Program-made: the position numbers and the translations under genes | Notes under the pieces: generated by a model | Told to the model about the DNA's origin: nothing | Database searches by the model: none | The model's input: the letters and a program-made list of their open reading frames with translations, nothing else | Part shown: one piece after another, positions 7,649 to 16,997 of the stretch | Position numbering within the stretch: the stretch's first letter is position 1 | Layout: every line of letters begins with the position of its first letter | From: Coprobacillaceae bacterium | Lineage (GTDB): Bacteria > Bacillota_I > Bacilli_A > Erysipelotrichales > Coprobacillaceae | Assembly (NCBI GenBank): GCA_963675915.1 | Contig: OY780959.1 | Coordinates: 1,110,001 to 1,142,000, forward strand | DNA: 32,000 nucleotides | Direction: 5' to 3'

Positions 7649-9274
7649 TTATGGCATGATTGCGTTGTACAAGTCTTTATCGAAATCAACCTTACATTCA
7701 GAAGTACGGTCGAAAACCATTGTGTAATGTTCACTATCAGTGTATGGCATCCAATCAAGACTAGAAGTAGTCGGATCACCATCAAGAGCAAAACTAGCCA
7801 AAGCTTGAGACATCGCATCAGCGACTCCGTATGCTGCAGTTTCATCACCTTTGATTTGGTATTCGATTTCCGCAACTGAACCGAATATATAAGGAATGTC
7901 GGCAGTATGATGCATAGTCACTCCGCCAAAGTATGGAGCATTGTAGGCACTCAAGTAGTTGTAAACTGTCACCCCGGCCCCGTTGAACTGGTCAAGCAAT
8001 CCACCTTCGACAATTTGACCTTTTCTAGTCAGACCAAATGGCATTGTATTGAGATATGCCGCATCGATCAATTTATGATCCGGATAAGCAACCGCAAAGG
8101 CATCGGCAACATCTTGAGCTTTGTCTCCGTACATTTCTGTCAGTTTGGTCATTGCCAATTCGTCATCGGCAGCACTCAAGTTTGCAGTAGGATCACCCAT
8201 ATAGATCAACATATTTCCGCTGTCATTGAATTCTGAGAAAGTGGTTCCCACCATCCAAGTTCTTTGAGCAGCATATTCATTCATATTTCCTTCGCTATCG
8301 AATAGTGGCGCAGTAAATGTTCCATCACCGACATGAGTATTCCAGTTGCATCCAGCTGCATTTCCAGCTGCAAGCAGATTTTCATAACTCATTGAAGTCA
8401 AAGTTGGAATTACTTCATCATCGGAAAGATTGAGATAGTCAACCAAAGTAGCGGCATTAGCCAGACCATCAGCTTTGGTCATGGTCGAATTCGAACCACT
8501 CATCATCACGACTTTATCAAACAACCCGACACTGTCAGACATACAAGATAGGGTGGTAACTTTTTGACCCCCACCTGACTGACCGACGATGGTTACATTT
8601 GATGCGTCCCCGCCAAATTCAGCGATATTATCCTGTACCCATTCCAAAGCGGTAATACAGTCTTCCATTCCGACCATTCCAGAACCTTCGTAATCTTCAT
8701 CATATGCTGAAACATCAAGATATCCCAAGACATTCAGACGATGATTGACTGAAACGAAAACCGCATCGTTGTCTTCAGCAAAATATTCACCGGTATAATA
8801 AGACAGCTCACTTGAAGCTCCTCCAAACAGTCCGCCCCCATGGAAGAAGACCACAACCGGTTTGTCACCTTCAAGGTCATTACTCCAGACATTGAGGTAT
8901 TGGCAGTTTTCATTGGAAACCATATCCGCAGTTCCGTTTGATGGTGTCATGAATTCATGCGCATTAGGCATTCCGTTTCCAGCCGAATCCGATTGAGGTG
9001 CCACCGGACCGTAAGTTATCGCCAGTTGCCGTCCGTTGGCGTAAGAAGTCACCGGCATTGGATCCTGGAATCTTTCAGCAGTAGCATAAGGGATTCCTTT
9101 GAATGAGTACAGAGCATCTTCCTTGTAGCCCACCAAAGTCCCCGGAGCCAATTCGACATTGACCATTTCAATCGCTTCGCTGTCTCCCCCTGCCGTTGGT
9201 GTGGAAGTCGAACAACCGGTAGTCAGCAGCATCGCCATCCCCAGTGAAGCTATCGATAATTTCTTTTTGTTCAT
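7649..9274 (-). CDS. type-B carboxylesterase/lipase family protein, probable lipoprotein
   Basis: Type-B serine signature FGGDASNVTIVGQSGGG and oxyanion region FFHGGGLFGG. N-terminus MNKKKLSIASLGMAMLLTTGCSTS looks like a signal peptide with a lipobox-like TTGC. Confidence 0.85.
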   Translation of the reverse strand: MNKKKLSIASLGMAMLLTTGCSTSTPTAGGDSEAIEMVNVELAPGTLVGYKEDALYSFKGIPYATAERFQDPMPVTSYANGRQLAITYGPVAPQSDSAGNGMPNAHEFMTPSNGTADMVSNENCQYLNVWSNDLEGDKPVVVFFHGGGLFGGASSELSYYTGEYFAEDNDAVFVSVNHRLNVLGYLDVSAYDEDYEGSGMVGMEDCITALEWVQDNIAEFGGDASNVTIVGQSGGGQKVTTLSCMSDSVGLFDKVVMMSGSNSTMTKADGLANAATLVDYLNLSDDEVIPTLTSMSYENLLAAGNAAGCNWNTHVGDGTFTAPLFDSEGNMNEYAAQRTWMVGTTFSEFNDSGNMLIYMGDPTANLSAADDELAMTKLTEMYGDKAQDVADAFAVAYPDHKLIDAAYLNTMPFGLTRKGQIVEGGLLDQFNGAGVTVYNYLSAYNAPYFGGVTMHHTADIPYIFGSVAEIEYQIKGDETAAYGVADAMSQALASFALDGDPTTSSLDWMPYTDSEHYTMVFDRTSECKVDFDKDLYNAIMP

Positions 9275-9402
9275 TGAGTATTTCTCCTTTCAATCTCAAA
9301 TATCAATAGATTTTTATCTCTAGGAAAATCATATCATGGATGTAAGCGCTGTCCTGCTTTTAAAAATATAACCAGTATCACGTTTTGCGATTGTGGTTGG
9401 AA

Positions 9403-9433
9403 TAAAAAATAAGTCTCAAAATTTGAGACTTAT
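9403..9433 (-). terminator. intrinsic terminator overlapping the stop of the distal RpiR gene
   Basis: Minus strand has a 10-bp hairpin (ATAAGTCTCA-aattt-TGAGACTTAT) followed by TTTTT. Confidence 0.7.
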
Positions 9434-10188
9434 TTGAAATAGCGCTTATAATATTTGATTTTGATCAGATCGAAGATCAACAATAAAATCACATCATTGT
9501 ATTCACTGTCACCGATGCTTGGCATCGCCACTGACACTTGTCCCGGTTTTCCCGTGAGCCGGTCCTGAGAGACCACCGCCAAATCGTTGGGCTGCTCGAT
9601 GATCTGATGATAGAACTTGCTGGAAATTTGGATAAACCTTCCGGTAATCGTGATCAACAAAATCAGCGAGTCCCGGGTGAACTCATGATTGATTTCCCCA
9701 TGATCCAGTTGTTTGATATAGACCGGTTTGCCCATGATGACCAGATCTTCCTGGAAGGAATACGAAAGGGCCACCGGAAACAGGGCTCCGATGATGCTCA
9801 GGGAACTGTTCGTCGCGATCAGATCGACAACCTGATTGATTGCCTGGTCCAGCTCTTCCGGGTCGAAATCTCCACCGCCAAAATGAGCGATGTCTTCAAG
9901 CAGTTTGGCCTCATTGAGTTTGCCATAGCGGAAATTGATCTGCATTTTTCGAATCTTGATATTGTCAAACAACTGGTGTTTGAATTCGCTGTAACTGTTG
10001 AATCCCAGCGCTTTGCAGTAATTGATGATCGAACTGGTTGAAATATACGATTCATTGGACATGTCCCGCATCGTCAGCTTTTCAATCCGATGGAGATTGG
10101 CAATCAGATAACGGGAAAACGAGGCTGGAATATCACTCTTGATGGTATTATTGTGCATCATGATGATTAAAGCCAGAACAGTATTCAT
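9430..10188 (-). CDS. MurR/RpiR family transcriptional regulator (HTH_6 + SIS-like domain), copy 2
   Basis: N-terminal HTH region LTMRDMSNESYISTSSIINYCKALGFNSYSEFK. The ATG overlaps the upstream stop (ATGA at 10185..10188). Confidence 0.8.
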   Translation of the reverse strand: MNTVLALIIMMHNNTIKSDIPASFSRYLIANLHRIEKLTMRDMSNESYISTSSIINYCKALGFNSYSEFKHQLFDNIKIRKMQINFRYGKLNEAKLLEDIAHFGGGDFDPEELDQAINQVVDLIATNSSLSIIGALFPVALSYSFQEDLVIMGKPVYIKQLDHGEINHEFTRDSLILLITITGRFIQISSKFYHQIIEQPNDLAVVSQDRLTGKPGQVSVAMPSIGDSEYNDVILLLIFDLIKIKYYKRYFK

Positions 10189-10940
10189 AAAAGCGCCCCC
10201 ATCTTGGCCACCAGGATTTCATCAAGACTGATCAGGCGGTGGCGGCTGACTGCTTTTTCATTATGCTCCCCCAGCTTCAGGGTCTTGAAGGTCTTGAACC
10301 AGTGATGCCGGGCCTTGCCAAAGAAATACTTGTTCAATTCAACCATATTGAGATGATTGAGATTGATGGCATCAAGCTGATGAATGCTCATTTCAATCAA
10401 AAAAGGCAGTTCGTAATTGATATCAACTACCACCAAAACATCACTTGGTTTCAATGCCTCAATCACCTTTTCATTGACAGCTTTATCCCAGGAATGAAGT
10501 TCATAGACTTCAACACCTTTGACCAAAAGCAAATTTCGAAGTCCCTTCAACAAGGCAATCTGGTCAGAGTCCCCATAAAACACCACTTTGGTGCAGTTAT
10601 CAAGATCGCTGATAAACTCCTCGACGATCTGCGACTGGCTCAGTTCTTGGTCAAGCTTACGGTCATTTTCCCGATCAGGCTCATTTTCCTTCCACGCCAG
10701 GGCTTCGAGCAAAATCCGATATTCCGCCGCCAGTTCCCCCACAAAATTCTTGTAATTGGCAAAACCGGCTTTCCGATAAAACCGATTTACCGACGCTTTG
10801 GAAACATTGGTGGCCTCGATGCAGTCATGAAAGGAAATCCGGTTCAAGGAACCGATATTGGTTAAAAAATAATTGGCCAGGACACTGTCAATATTATTGC
10901 CATTGATTCGCAGCGCCTCTAGTTTGTCGATGATGTACAC
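10185..10940 (-). CDS. MurR/RpiR family transcriptional regulator, copy 1
   Basis: HTH region ISFHDCIEATNVSKASVNRFYRKAGFANYKNF followed by a SIS-like alpha/beta region. Confidence 0.8.
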   Translation of the reverse strand: MYIIDKLEALRINGNNIDSVLANYFLTNIGSLNRISFHDCIEATNVSKASVNRFYRKAGFANYKNFVGELAAEYRILLEALAWKENEPDRENDRKLDQELSQSQIVEEFISDLDNCTKVVFYGDSDQIALLKGLRNLLLVKGVEVYELHSWDKAVNEKVIEALKPSDVLVVVDINYELPFLIEMSIHQLDAINLNHLNMVELNKYFFGKARHHWFKTFKTLKLGEHNEKAVSRHRLISLDEILVAKMGALL

Positions 10941-11108
10941 CCATACTCCCCCTTTTGGTCATTATACCATAATCAATTCCAAATCCGGTTATTTGCGAAA
11001 ATCTGAAACTAAAAAAGCCCGGCCTATAATATCAAAAAATCAGCCAGTTCTAGAAAAATCGCGGAATTTTCGCCCCCAAATGAAGTGATAGTTATCCCTT
11101 CGTCCGCG

Positions 11109-11117
11109 TGGTATAAT
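11109..11117 (+). promoter_or_regulatory. extended -10 promoter (TGgTATAAT) of serpin 1
   Basis: CGTGGTATAATTAA is an identical 14-mer to the one upstream of serpin 2. It lies about 70 nt before the ATG. Confidence 0.5.
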
Positions 11118-11185
11118 TAAAGTAACTAAAGCATTAATTGGCTGCCATCTTTATTATTGTTTTAATCCCAGTAAGGAGGAATACC

Positions 11186-12445
11186 ATGAATAAACGCAAC
11201 CGGATTTTAATTACCTCGTTGATTTTCACCATAATTGCCGCCCTGGTGGTGACGATGACTCTTAGAAACAGTCCTCCGGCAATCGAACTTGCCGCCGTGG
11301 ACCTGATGAAAGATATCGAATCCCAGGAAGTGGAGTTGCCCGACCAAGTTGCCGAAGATTTTGGCCAAGCCAATCTACGTTTTGGAGCAACTTTGATGGC
11401 AAACAGTTACACCCCCGGCGATAATATTTTGATTTCACCGATATCGATCCTGTTGGCTTTGGCGATGACCGAAAACGGAGCCGCAACTTCGACGCTGATT
11501 GAAATGGAACAGGTCCTTTTGGGTTATCCCCTCGATGAGCTCAATGACAATCTCAAGCTCTATCTCGACAGCCTGGAAAATGATGAAATCACCAATATCG
11601 CCAATTCAATCTGGATTCGCGACGACGCTCAACGGCTCCAGGTCAAAGCCGAGTTTCTCCAAGCCAATGCCAACTATTATGACAGTGATGGCTATCTGGC
11701 TCCCTTCGACCAGACCACATTGACCGATATCAACAACTGGATTGCCCTGAACACCGATGATATGATCACCGATGCCCTGGACGCCATTCCGGTAGATGCG
11801 GTGATGTATCTGATCAACACCGTTTTGTTTGAAGCCAAGTGGGCTCAGGAATATACCAGCGATATGGTCAGCGAAGACCAATTCACCAATTATGACAATC
11901 AAAAATCCCAGGTTGAATTTCTTTATGGCCTGGAAAACTCCTATCTTGAAGACAACCAGACCACCGGCTTTACCAAGGACTATGATGACGGTCGCTACAG
12001 TTTTGTCGCTTTGTTGCCTAAAGGCGATATCGACTCTTATCTGGCCGATTTTAACGGCGACAAGCTAAGTCAATTGCTTGAAAACCGCCAGGATGTTTCG
12101 GTGTCGACCGCCCTGCCTAAATTCGAATACGACTACAAGAAAGAAATGTCGCAGATTTTAAGCACTATGGGGATGCCTGAAGCCTTCACTCAAGCAGCTG
12201 ATTTTTCCAAGATGGCGGATACCGCAACCGGACTGCTTTTTATCGGCCGCGTGATTCATAATACCGCCATTACCCTTAACGAGATTGGAACCAAAGCCGG
12301 GGCTGTGACCATTGTAGAAATACGTGATTCATCGATTCCGCTATCAAAAAAAGAAGTCATCCTTGATCGGCCATTTGTCTACATTATCTATGATAATGAA
12401 ATGAACGTGCCGCTTTTCCTGGGCGCCATCTGCGATTTGTCATAA
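11186..12445 (+). CDS. serpin family protease inhibitor with an N-terminal signal-anchor (serpin 1)
   Basis: Serpin hallmarks: SPISILLALAM, NSIWIRD, FVALLP, hinge EIGTKAGAVT and DRPFVYIIYD. Start MNKRNRIL with RBS AAGGAGGA. TM segment ILITSLIFTIIAALVVTMTL. Confidence 0.9.
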   Translation: MNKRNRILITSLIFTIIAALVVTMTLRNSPPAIELAAVDLMKDIESQEVELPDQVAEDFGQANLRFGATLMANSYTPGDNILISPISILLALAMTENGAATSTLIEMEQVLLGYPLDELNDNLKLYLDSLENDEITNIANSIWIRDDAQRLQVKAEFLQANANYYDSDGYLAPFDQTTLTDINNWIALNTDDMITDALDAIPVDAVMYLINTVLFEAKWAQEYTSDMVSEDQFTNYDNQKSQVEFLYGLENSYLEDNQTTGFTKDYDDGRYSFVALLPKGDIDSYLADFNGDKLSQLLENRQDVSVSTALPKFEYDYKKEMSQILSTMGMPEAFTQAADFSKMADTATGLLFIGRVIHNTAITLNEIGTKAGAVTIVEIRDSSIPLSKKEVILDRPFVYIIYDNEMNVPLFLGAICDLS

Positions 12446-12453
12446 TCAGACAT

Positions 12454-12486
12454 AAAAAAACTGGAATCAAAAATTCCAGTTTTTTA
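12454..12486. terminator. bidirectional intrinsic terminator between serpin 1 and rarD
   Basis: AAAAAAA-CTGGAAT-caaaa-ATTCCAG-TTTTTT. Confidence 0.8.
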
Positions 12487-12491
12487 AATTC

Positions 12492-13394
12492 TTAATTTGT
12501 GGCATCAACCGCCATTTTACGATTCGGTTTGACAAACTGCGACAGCGTGTAAATAACCAGCGCCCCCCAGATAAAGCAAAACGAAATCAAATCGACACTG
12601 CCAAACGGCTCAGAGAACATGATTATCCCGATTAGCAGCTGCAAAGTCGGCGTGATGTATTGGGTCAGCCCCATGATCGTCAACGGCAGCAATTTCGCCC
12701 CGCGGGCAAACAACAAAAGTGGAATCGAAGTAACTACTCCAGCTCCCACCAAGAGGACGATTGTCATCATCTCACTGTTTTGATATGTTCCCGGTCCCGC
12801 AAACTCACCAAAAAGCATGTAGCCCAGGGCCAGCAAAGAAATTGTTCCGGTTTCCAAAAACAGCCCGGTGATTGCAGTTGCCGCAACCTGTTTCTTGATT
12901 ACCCCGTAAATTCCAAATGAACCCGCCAACAGCAGTGAAATCCAAGGAATTTGTCCGTATTCTACCGTTTTGATCAGTACTCCAACTGCTGCAATGGCAA
13001 ACGCGATTGTTTGCGATTTGGTCAGTTTTTCCTTGAAAAGAACGACTCCCAGCAGACATGAAAGCAGCGGATTGATGTAATATCCCAGACTGGCATCGAC
13101 AATCCGGCCCGCATTGACGGCAAAAATATAAATCCCCCAATTGACTGAAACGAAGATTGCGGCCATTACCGCCATCAACAGCTGTTTTCGATCGCTGATA
13201 ATGGTTTTGACTTCCTGACCCTTTTTCAAGACAGCCACCATAATCGCAGTTAAAATAAACGACCAGAAAATCCGATTAGCCAGAATCTCCAGTGATGATA
13301 CATTGTGAATCATTTTCCAATAAATTGGAAACAAACCCCAGATTCCATAAGCCCCTAAGGCAAACAGAATCCCTTTGTTTTTAGCATTCCCCAT
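12492..13394 (-). CDS. rarD: EamA/RarD family transporter
   Basis: N-terminus NKGILFALGAYGIWGLFPIYWK and a 10-TM layout are typical of RarD. Confidence 0.85.
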   Translation of the reverse strand: MGNAKNKGILFALGAYGIWGLFPIYWKMIHNVSSLEILANRIFWSFILTAIMVAVLKKGQEVKTIISDRKQLLMAVMAAIFVSVNWGIYIFAVNAGRIVDASLGYYINPLLSCLLGVVLFKEKLTKSQTIAFAIAAVGVLIKTVEYGQIPWISLLLAGSFGIYGVIKKQVAATAITGLFLETGTISLLALGYMLFGEFAGPGTYQNSEMMTIVLLVGAGVVTSIPLLLFARGAKLLPLTIMGLTQYITPTLQLLIGIIMFSEPFGSVDLISFCFIWGALVIYTLSQFVKPNRKMAVDATN

Positions 13395-13453
13395 AATTAT
13401 TCCCTTTCTGTCAAACCAACCTTTCCCTAATCGGTGATTTGAAACTTTTTAAA

Positions 13454-13482
13454 AGTATATGCTTATTCCCTATCAAAGTCAA
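13454..13482 (-). promoter_or_regulatory. sigma-A-type promoter (TTGACT-17 nt-TATACT) for rarD
   Basis: Minus strand reads TTGACTttgatagggaataagcaTATACT. It starts 36 nt downstream of the inferred intron 3' end. Confidence 0.55.
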
Positions 13483-13557
13483 TATCATGTATCAATTTGA
13501 TGATTTTTGTCGTGGAAAATAAAGTAGGCTAACTTATTTCTAAGCTAGCCCCTTATC

Positions 13558-13591
13558 AAACCGCACATGCGCTATTAACGCATACGGCTTA
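13558..13591 (-). ncRNA. group II intron domain V (catalytic hairpin)
   Basis: Minus strand reads AAGCCGTATGCG-ttaatag-CGCATGTGCGGTTT. Compare canonical GAGCCGUAUGCG...CGCACGUACGGUUC. Confidence 0.8.
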
Positions 13592-13628
13592 CCAATTTAC
13601 TAAATCTGATTTTATGAATGATTATAGT

Positions 13629-15053
13629 CTACTTGCTAAAAGAGTAGGCTATTTTTGTGAATTTTTGTTTTGTGTATCTTTTAGTTCCCAATTTTCTGTC
13701 GCGTTCGGCATTTTTCTTTGCGCGAGTTCTATTTTTGCTCTGTTGATTTTGGACATAAATTTCAATCGGATAGTCATACATAACATTGAAATAATACCAA
13801 TTTGCCGGTTTCAAACCTATCAGTGCGAAGAATTTGAGATTCCATTTCACATTCATTCCAGATGCCCTCCTGATTGTCGGGTGTTTATGCAACATGCACA
13901 TCCGCAATCTATGCCGGATATACTGATCAATTTTATTGAGCTTCCATCCCATTATCTTGATATTACACCGGGTTTTGTAATTGTGCTTCTTGAATATTTC
14001 CAGTGCTTTGTAGACATTCAGGTAATAATTGACTTTTCCGACTATAATCGGGTTAAGCATGCTTACCCATTTATCCTGAGAAAATGTCCACTTTCTTTGC
14101 GTCTTATCCTTGATTTTCTTTTTGAAGTCTTTGAGTGAATTGGCGTTGGGAACTATGAAATAGTAGTCTTCACCTTTCTTGTTTTTCCTCCAGTGTTTGA
14201 AGTCAAATCCAAGAAATGTAAAATCATCATTTTTAAAGTCTACCACTTTGGTTTTGTCCATAGCCATTTCCAATCCCAATGATTGAATCACTTCTCTGGC
14301 TATCTTTCCTGCCCGCTCAATTTCTTCTTCTGTTTTCGCAAACAGGAGAAAATCATCGGCATAACGCACGAAGTGAATCTTTGCCTCGTGCAACTTCCAA
14401 TCCAGTTCGTTCAGGTAGATGTTTGCAAGTAGAGGTGAAATAACGCCACCTTGCGGTGTTCCACTTTTGCTTTGCATATGTTTGCCGTCTTCCATGTATC
14501 CCGCTTTGAGCCATGACCAAATCAAATCAAGAACAGTCCCATCAGCGATGCATTTATTCAATACCTTCATCAACTTTTTATGGGGAATGTTATCGAAGAA
14601 CCCTTTGATATCACAATCGTATATCCAGTTTCTTCCTTCCTCGATGTTCTTGATGATAATCTGCATGGCACTGTCGACACCACGATTCGGGCGGTAGCCA
14701 ACTGACCAGTGATGGAATATTCCTGCCTCATATTTTGGGGTTAGGATATTGGTCAACACCTGCTGAACTATCCGATCTTTGACTATTGGTATTCCCAATG
14801 GTCTTCTCTTTCCGTTTTTCTTAGGGATATATACTCGCCTTACAGGGGTTGGTCTATATTCCTTTAATCTCAGTTCTTCCAGTAGCTTGTCCAGATTGTC
14901 TTGTTCATTTTCCATGAAGCGTTCAATGGTTACCCCATCAATCCCTCCACTTCCATGATTTGCTTTTACCTGCTTCCATGCTTCTAGTATTTTCCTGTCC
15001 TGGAGTATTTGTCCATACAGAGAATGCCACTTCAATTTCAACGGTTCATTCAT
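13629..15053 (-). CDS. group II intron-encoded reverse transcriptase/maturase (no recognisable HNH/En domain)
   Basis: RT motifs RRVYIPKKNGKRRPLGIP, YDCDIKGFFDNI and RYADDFLLF, followed by an X/maturase-like region. The C-terminus lacks Cys/His nuclease motifs. Confidence 0.9.
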   Translation of the reverse strand: MNEPLKLKWHSLYGQILQDRKILEAWKQVKANHGSGGIDGVTIERFMENEQDNLDKLLEELRLKEYRPTPVRRVYIPKKNGKRRPLGIPIVKDRIVQQVLTNILTPKYEAGIFHHWSVGYRPNRGVDSAMQIIIKNIEEGRNWIYDCDIKGFFDNIPHKKLMKVLNKCIADGTVLDLIWSWLKAGYMEDGKHMQSKSGTPQGGVISPLLANIYLNELDWKLHEAKIHFVRYADDFLLFAKTEEEIERAGKIAREVIQSLGLEMAMDKTKVVDFKNDDFTFLGFDFKHWRKNKKGEDYYFIVPNANSLKDFKKKIKDKTQRKWTFSQDKWVSMLNPIIVGKVNYYLNVYKALEIFKKHNYKTRCNIKIMGWKLNKIDQYIRHRLRMCMLHKHPTIRRASGMNVKWNLKFFALIGLKPANWYYFNVMYDYPIEIYVQNQQSKNRTRAKKNAERDRKLGTKRYTKQKFTKIAYSFSK

Positions 15054-15641
15054 AATTTCAAACCTCTCTTTCTATTTATCGTTCTTTGAATTCGTTTGTA
15101 CCTAAGTACCGTCATTCTTACCATTACGATTAAACAAAGTAAGAATTGTAAAAGGTCAATCCCCTTCGCTTCGCCAAACGTTTGGTCGCATGACTACTTC
15201 ACTACTATGAGATTGTCTGACTCCTCTTCATACAACCATCACTTCGAATGACTCTTATAGATGATTATCCTTTCGGTGGATGAAGAGGTCTCACAGGGTC
15301 ATCAACTACGCCCTTGTTGACATGCCAATCACCTTCACAATGGAGTGCCGGCATATTCGACTGGTTCTTAGAATATGTCGTGAATAGACTTCCGCACCTT
15401 TCGCAACGTCGTCACCTTCTCCACTGCCGCAACATGTGATTCACTTTTCGTTTCGGCCTGCCAACTCATCTACAGGTCTCTCGACTACTGCGTCTCCTTC
15501 AAACACAATCTCACGATTATGCCCTAGACTAGATTTCCCGAATAGCACCAGTGCGCACGGGGTAGGATTTGTACCTACGGGGTTTCCCTATTCCATGATA
15601 TTTACTGTATTGATAGCTAACTATTACAGGAACTCATTTAT

Positions 15642-15676
15642 AAAAGGAAAATGCCATGTACCTGTATACATGGCAT
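15642..15676 (-). terminator. second intrinsic terminator downstream of the AKR-FeS gene
   Basis: Minus strand reads ATGCCATGTA-tacagg-TACATGGCAT followed by TTTCCTTTT. Confidence 0.7.
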
Positions 15677-15695
15677 CTAAGCGACTGCCTGTCGC

Positions 15696-15723
15696 ACAAA
15701 AGACATCCCGTAATCGGGATGTC
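15696..15723 (-). terminator. intrinsic terminator directly after the AKR-FeS gene
   Basis: Minus strand reads GACATCCCG-atta-CGGGATGTC followed by TTTTG. Confidence 0.75.
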
Positions 15724-15729
15724 CAAAGC

Positions 15730-16854
15730 TTATTTTTCAAAATGAGCGGCAACATTTTTCAGTTCATCAATGATATTGATGTGTTGCGGGCAGGCCAGTT
15801 CGCATTGACCGCACTCAATGCAGTCGGAAGCCTTCCCGAATGTCTTGGTCAGATTGTTGTAATATTCGATCTGCGGAGTCCACCCTTTGGATTCGACCTC
15901 CTGCAAATCGGCATTGTAAAGTGAGAAATACTTGTTGATTGGAATATTGGCCGGACAACCGTCAACACAATAAGCACAACCGGTACAAGGTACCGCAATG
16001 GTTGAGTTGATGATATCAACCACCTGGGCCACAATCTCATTTTCCTGCTTATCTAACGGTTTGAAATCCATCATGTAATCAGTATTGTCAAGCAGCTGTT
16101 CCATGTTGCTCATCCCGCTTAACACCATCATGACATTATCAAGTGATGCCACAAAGCGGATTGCCCATGAAGCCACCGACATTTCCGGGCTGTGCTCCTT
16201 GAAGACTTTTTCCACGGCTTCAGGAACTTGCGCCAGAGTTCCTCCTTTGACCGGTTCCATTACGATGACCGGCTTGTTGTGTTTTTTAGCCACTTCATAA
16301 CATTTGCGTGACTGTACCCCTTCGCTGTCCCAGTCAAGATAGTTGATTTGCAGCTGCACGAATTCCATTTCCGGATGCTCGGTCAAAACCTTATCCAGCA
16401 ACTCGGCATTATCATGGAATGAGAACCCGATTTTCTTGACCAGACCTTGGGCCTTTTTCTCCTGAATCCAAGTAAAGCAATCGTACTTGTTGAAAACATC
16501 GTAATGATGAGTTCCCACATCATGAAGCAGGTAATAATCAAAGAATTCCACGCCGGTTTTGCGCAGCTGCTCATTGAAAATCTCATCACGGTCCTCTTTT
16601 GATTTCAAGAAAGCCGGATGCAGTTTGGTTGCCAGGGTGTAACTGTCGCGGGGATAACGGTCCACCAGCACTTCCTTGGTAGCCGGTTCCGAAGCGAATC
16701 CACAATACATCCAGGCCGTATCGAAATAAGTGAATCCTCTTTCGATAAAAGCATCAACCATCTTCTTGGTCTGTTCGAAATCGATTTTCGATGGATCGTT
16801 GGGATCCAAAGAAGGCAATCTCATCAGGCCAAATCCTAATTTTTTTAAGCTCAT
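15730..16854 (-). CDS. aldo/keto reductase fused to a C-terminal 2x[4Fe-4S] ferredoxin-like domain
   Basis: AKR N-terminus LGFGLMRLP...FDTAWMY. Two CxxCxxCxxxCP motifs ([24 protein letters not shown]). Start trimmed to MSLKKLG with RBS GGAGGGAAG. Confidence 0.85.
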   Translation of the reverse strand: MSLKKLGFGLMRLPSLDPNDPSKIDFEQTKKMVDAFIERGFTYFDTAWMYCGFASEPATKEVLVDRYPRDSYTLATKLHPAFLKSKEDRDEIFNEQLRKTGVEFFDYYLLHDVGTHHYDVFNKYDCFTWIQEKKAQGLVKKIGFSFHDNAELLDKVLTEHPEMEFVQLQINYLDWDSEGVQSRKCYEVAKKHNKPVIVMEPVKGGTLAQVPEAVEKVFKEHSPEMSVASWAIRFVASLDNVMMVLSGMSNMEQLLDNTDYMMDFKPLDKQENEIVAQVVDIINSTIAVPCTGCAYCVDGCPANIPINKYFSLYNADLQEVESKGWTPQIEYYNNLTKTFGKASDCIECGQCELACPQHINIIDELKNVAAHFEK

Positions 16855-16954
16855 AAACTTCCCTCCATTTTTCATCTTCTTTAAGTATACGCTATCAAGC
16901 AAACTTTAAGTCAAGTGAAATCCATCACAAAAGGTCCATCTTTAAAACCAAAAT

Positions 16955-16981
16955 GAAAAACAGCCGGAACAATCCGACTGT
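16955..16981 (-). terminator. intrinsic terminator after the flavoprotein gene
   Basis: Minus strand reads ACAGTCGGA-ttgt-TCCGGCTGT followed by TTTTTCATTTT. Confidence 0.7.
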
Positions 16982-16997
16982 TTAAGCTATCTTAACC

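Larger units (their letters stand above)
13519..15558 (-). mobile_element. group II intron, apparently full length (about 2.04 kb)
   Basis: The 5' end reads GTGCGCACTGG at 15558. There are about 505 nt of structured RNA before the ORF. Domain V closely matches the yeast ai5-gamma DV as I recall it. Domain VI is a hairpin with a bulged A (13525), 7 nt from a ...CTTTAT 3' end. Boundaries are inferred by eye. Confidence 0.8.

Noticed and set aside
13629-15053. The reverse transcriptase could be a retron or a defence-associated RT (DRT/Abi-type) system.
   Set aside because: The ORF is embedded in RNA with GTGCG at the 5' end, a canonical domain V (13558..13591) and a domain VI with a bulged A. 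It also has a maturase-like C-terminal region. This is an ordinary group II intron architecture, and no msr/msd-like repeats or effector gene were seen.
15559-15600. Assigning the group II intron to bacterial class C, on the basis of a stem-loop upstream of the insertion site.
   Set aside because: The adjacent hairpin has only 5 bp and no T-run. The real terminators are about 85 nt or more away. Class assignment needs phylogeny of the intron-encoded protein and RNA structure, which I cannot do by eye.
13614-15924. Plus-strand ORFs 13614..14138, 14419..14697 and 15436..15924.
   Set aside because: They are antisense to the intron RT gene, or span the intron 5' domains plus the two terminators and the end of the AKR-FeS gene. 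No RBS, and no recognisable protein features.
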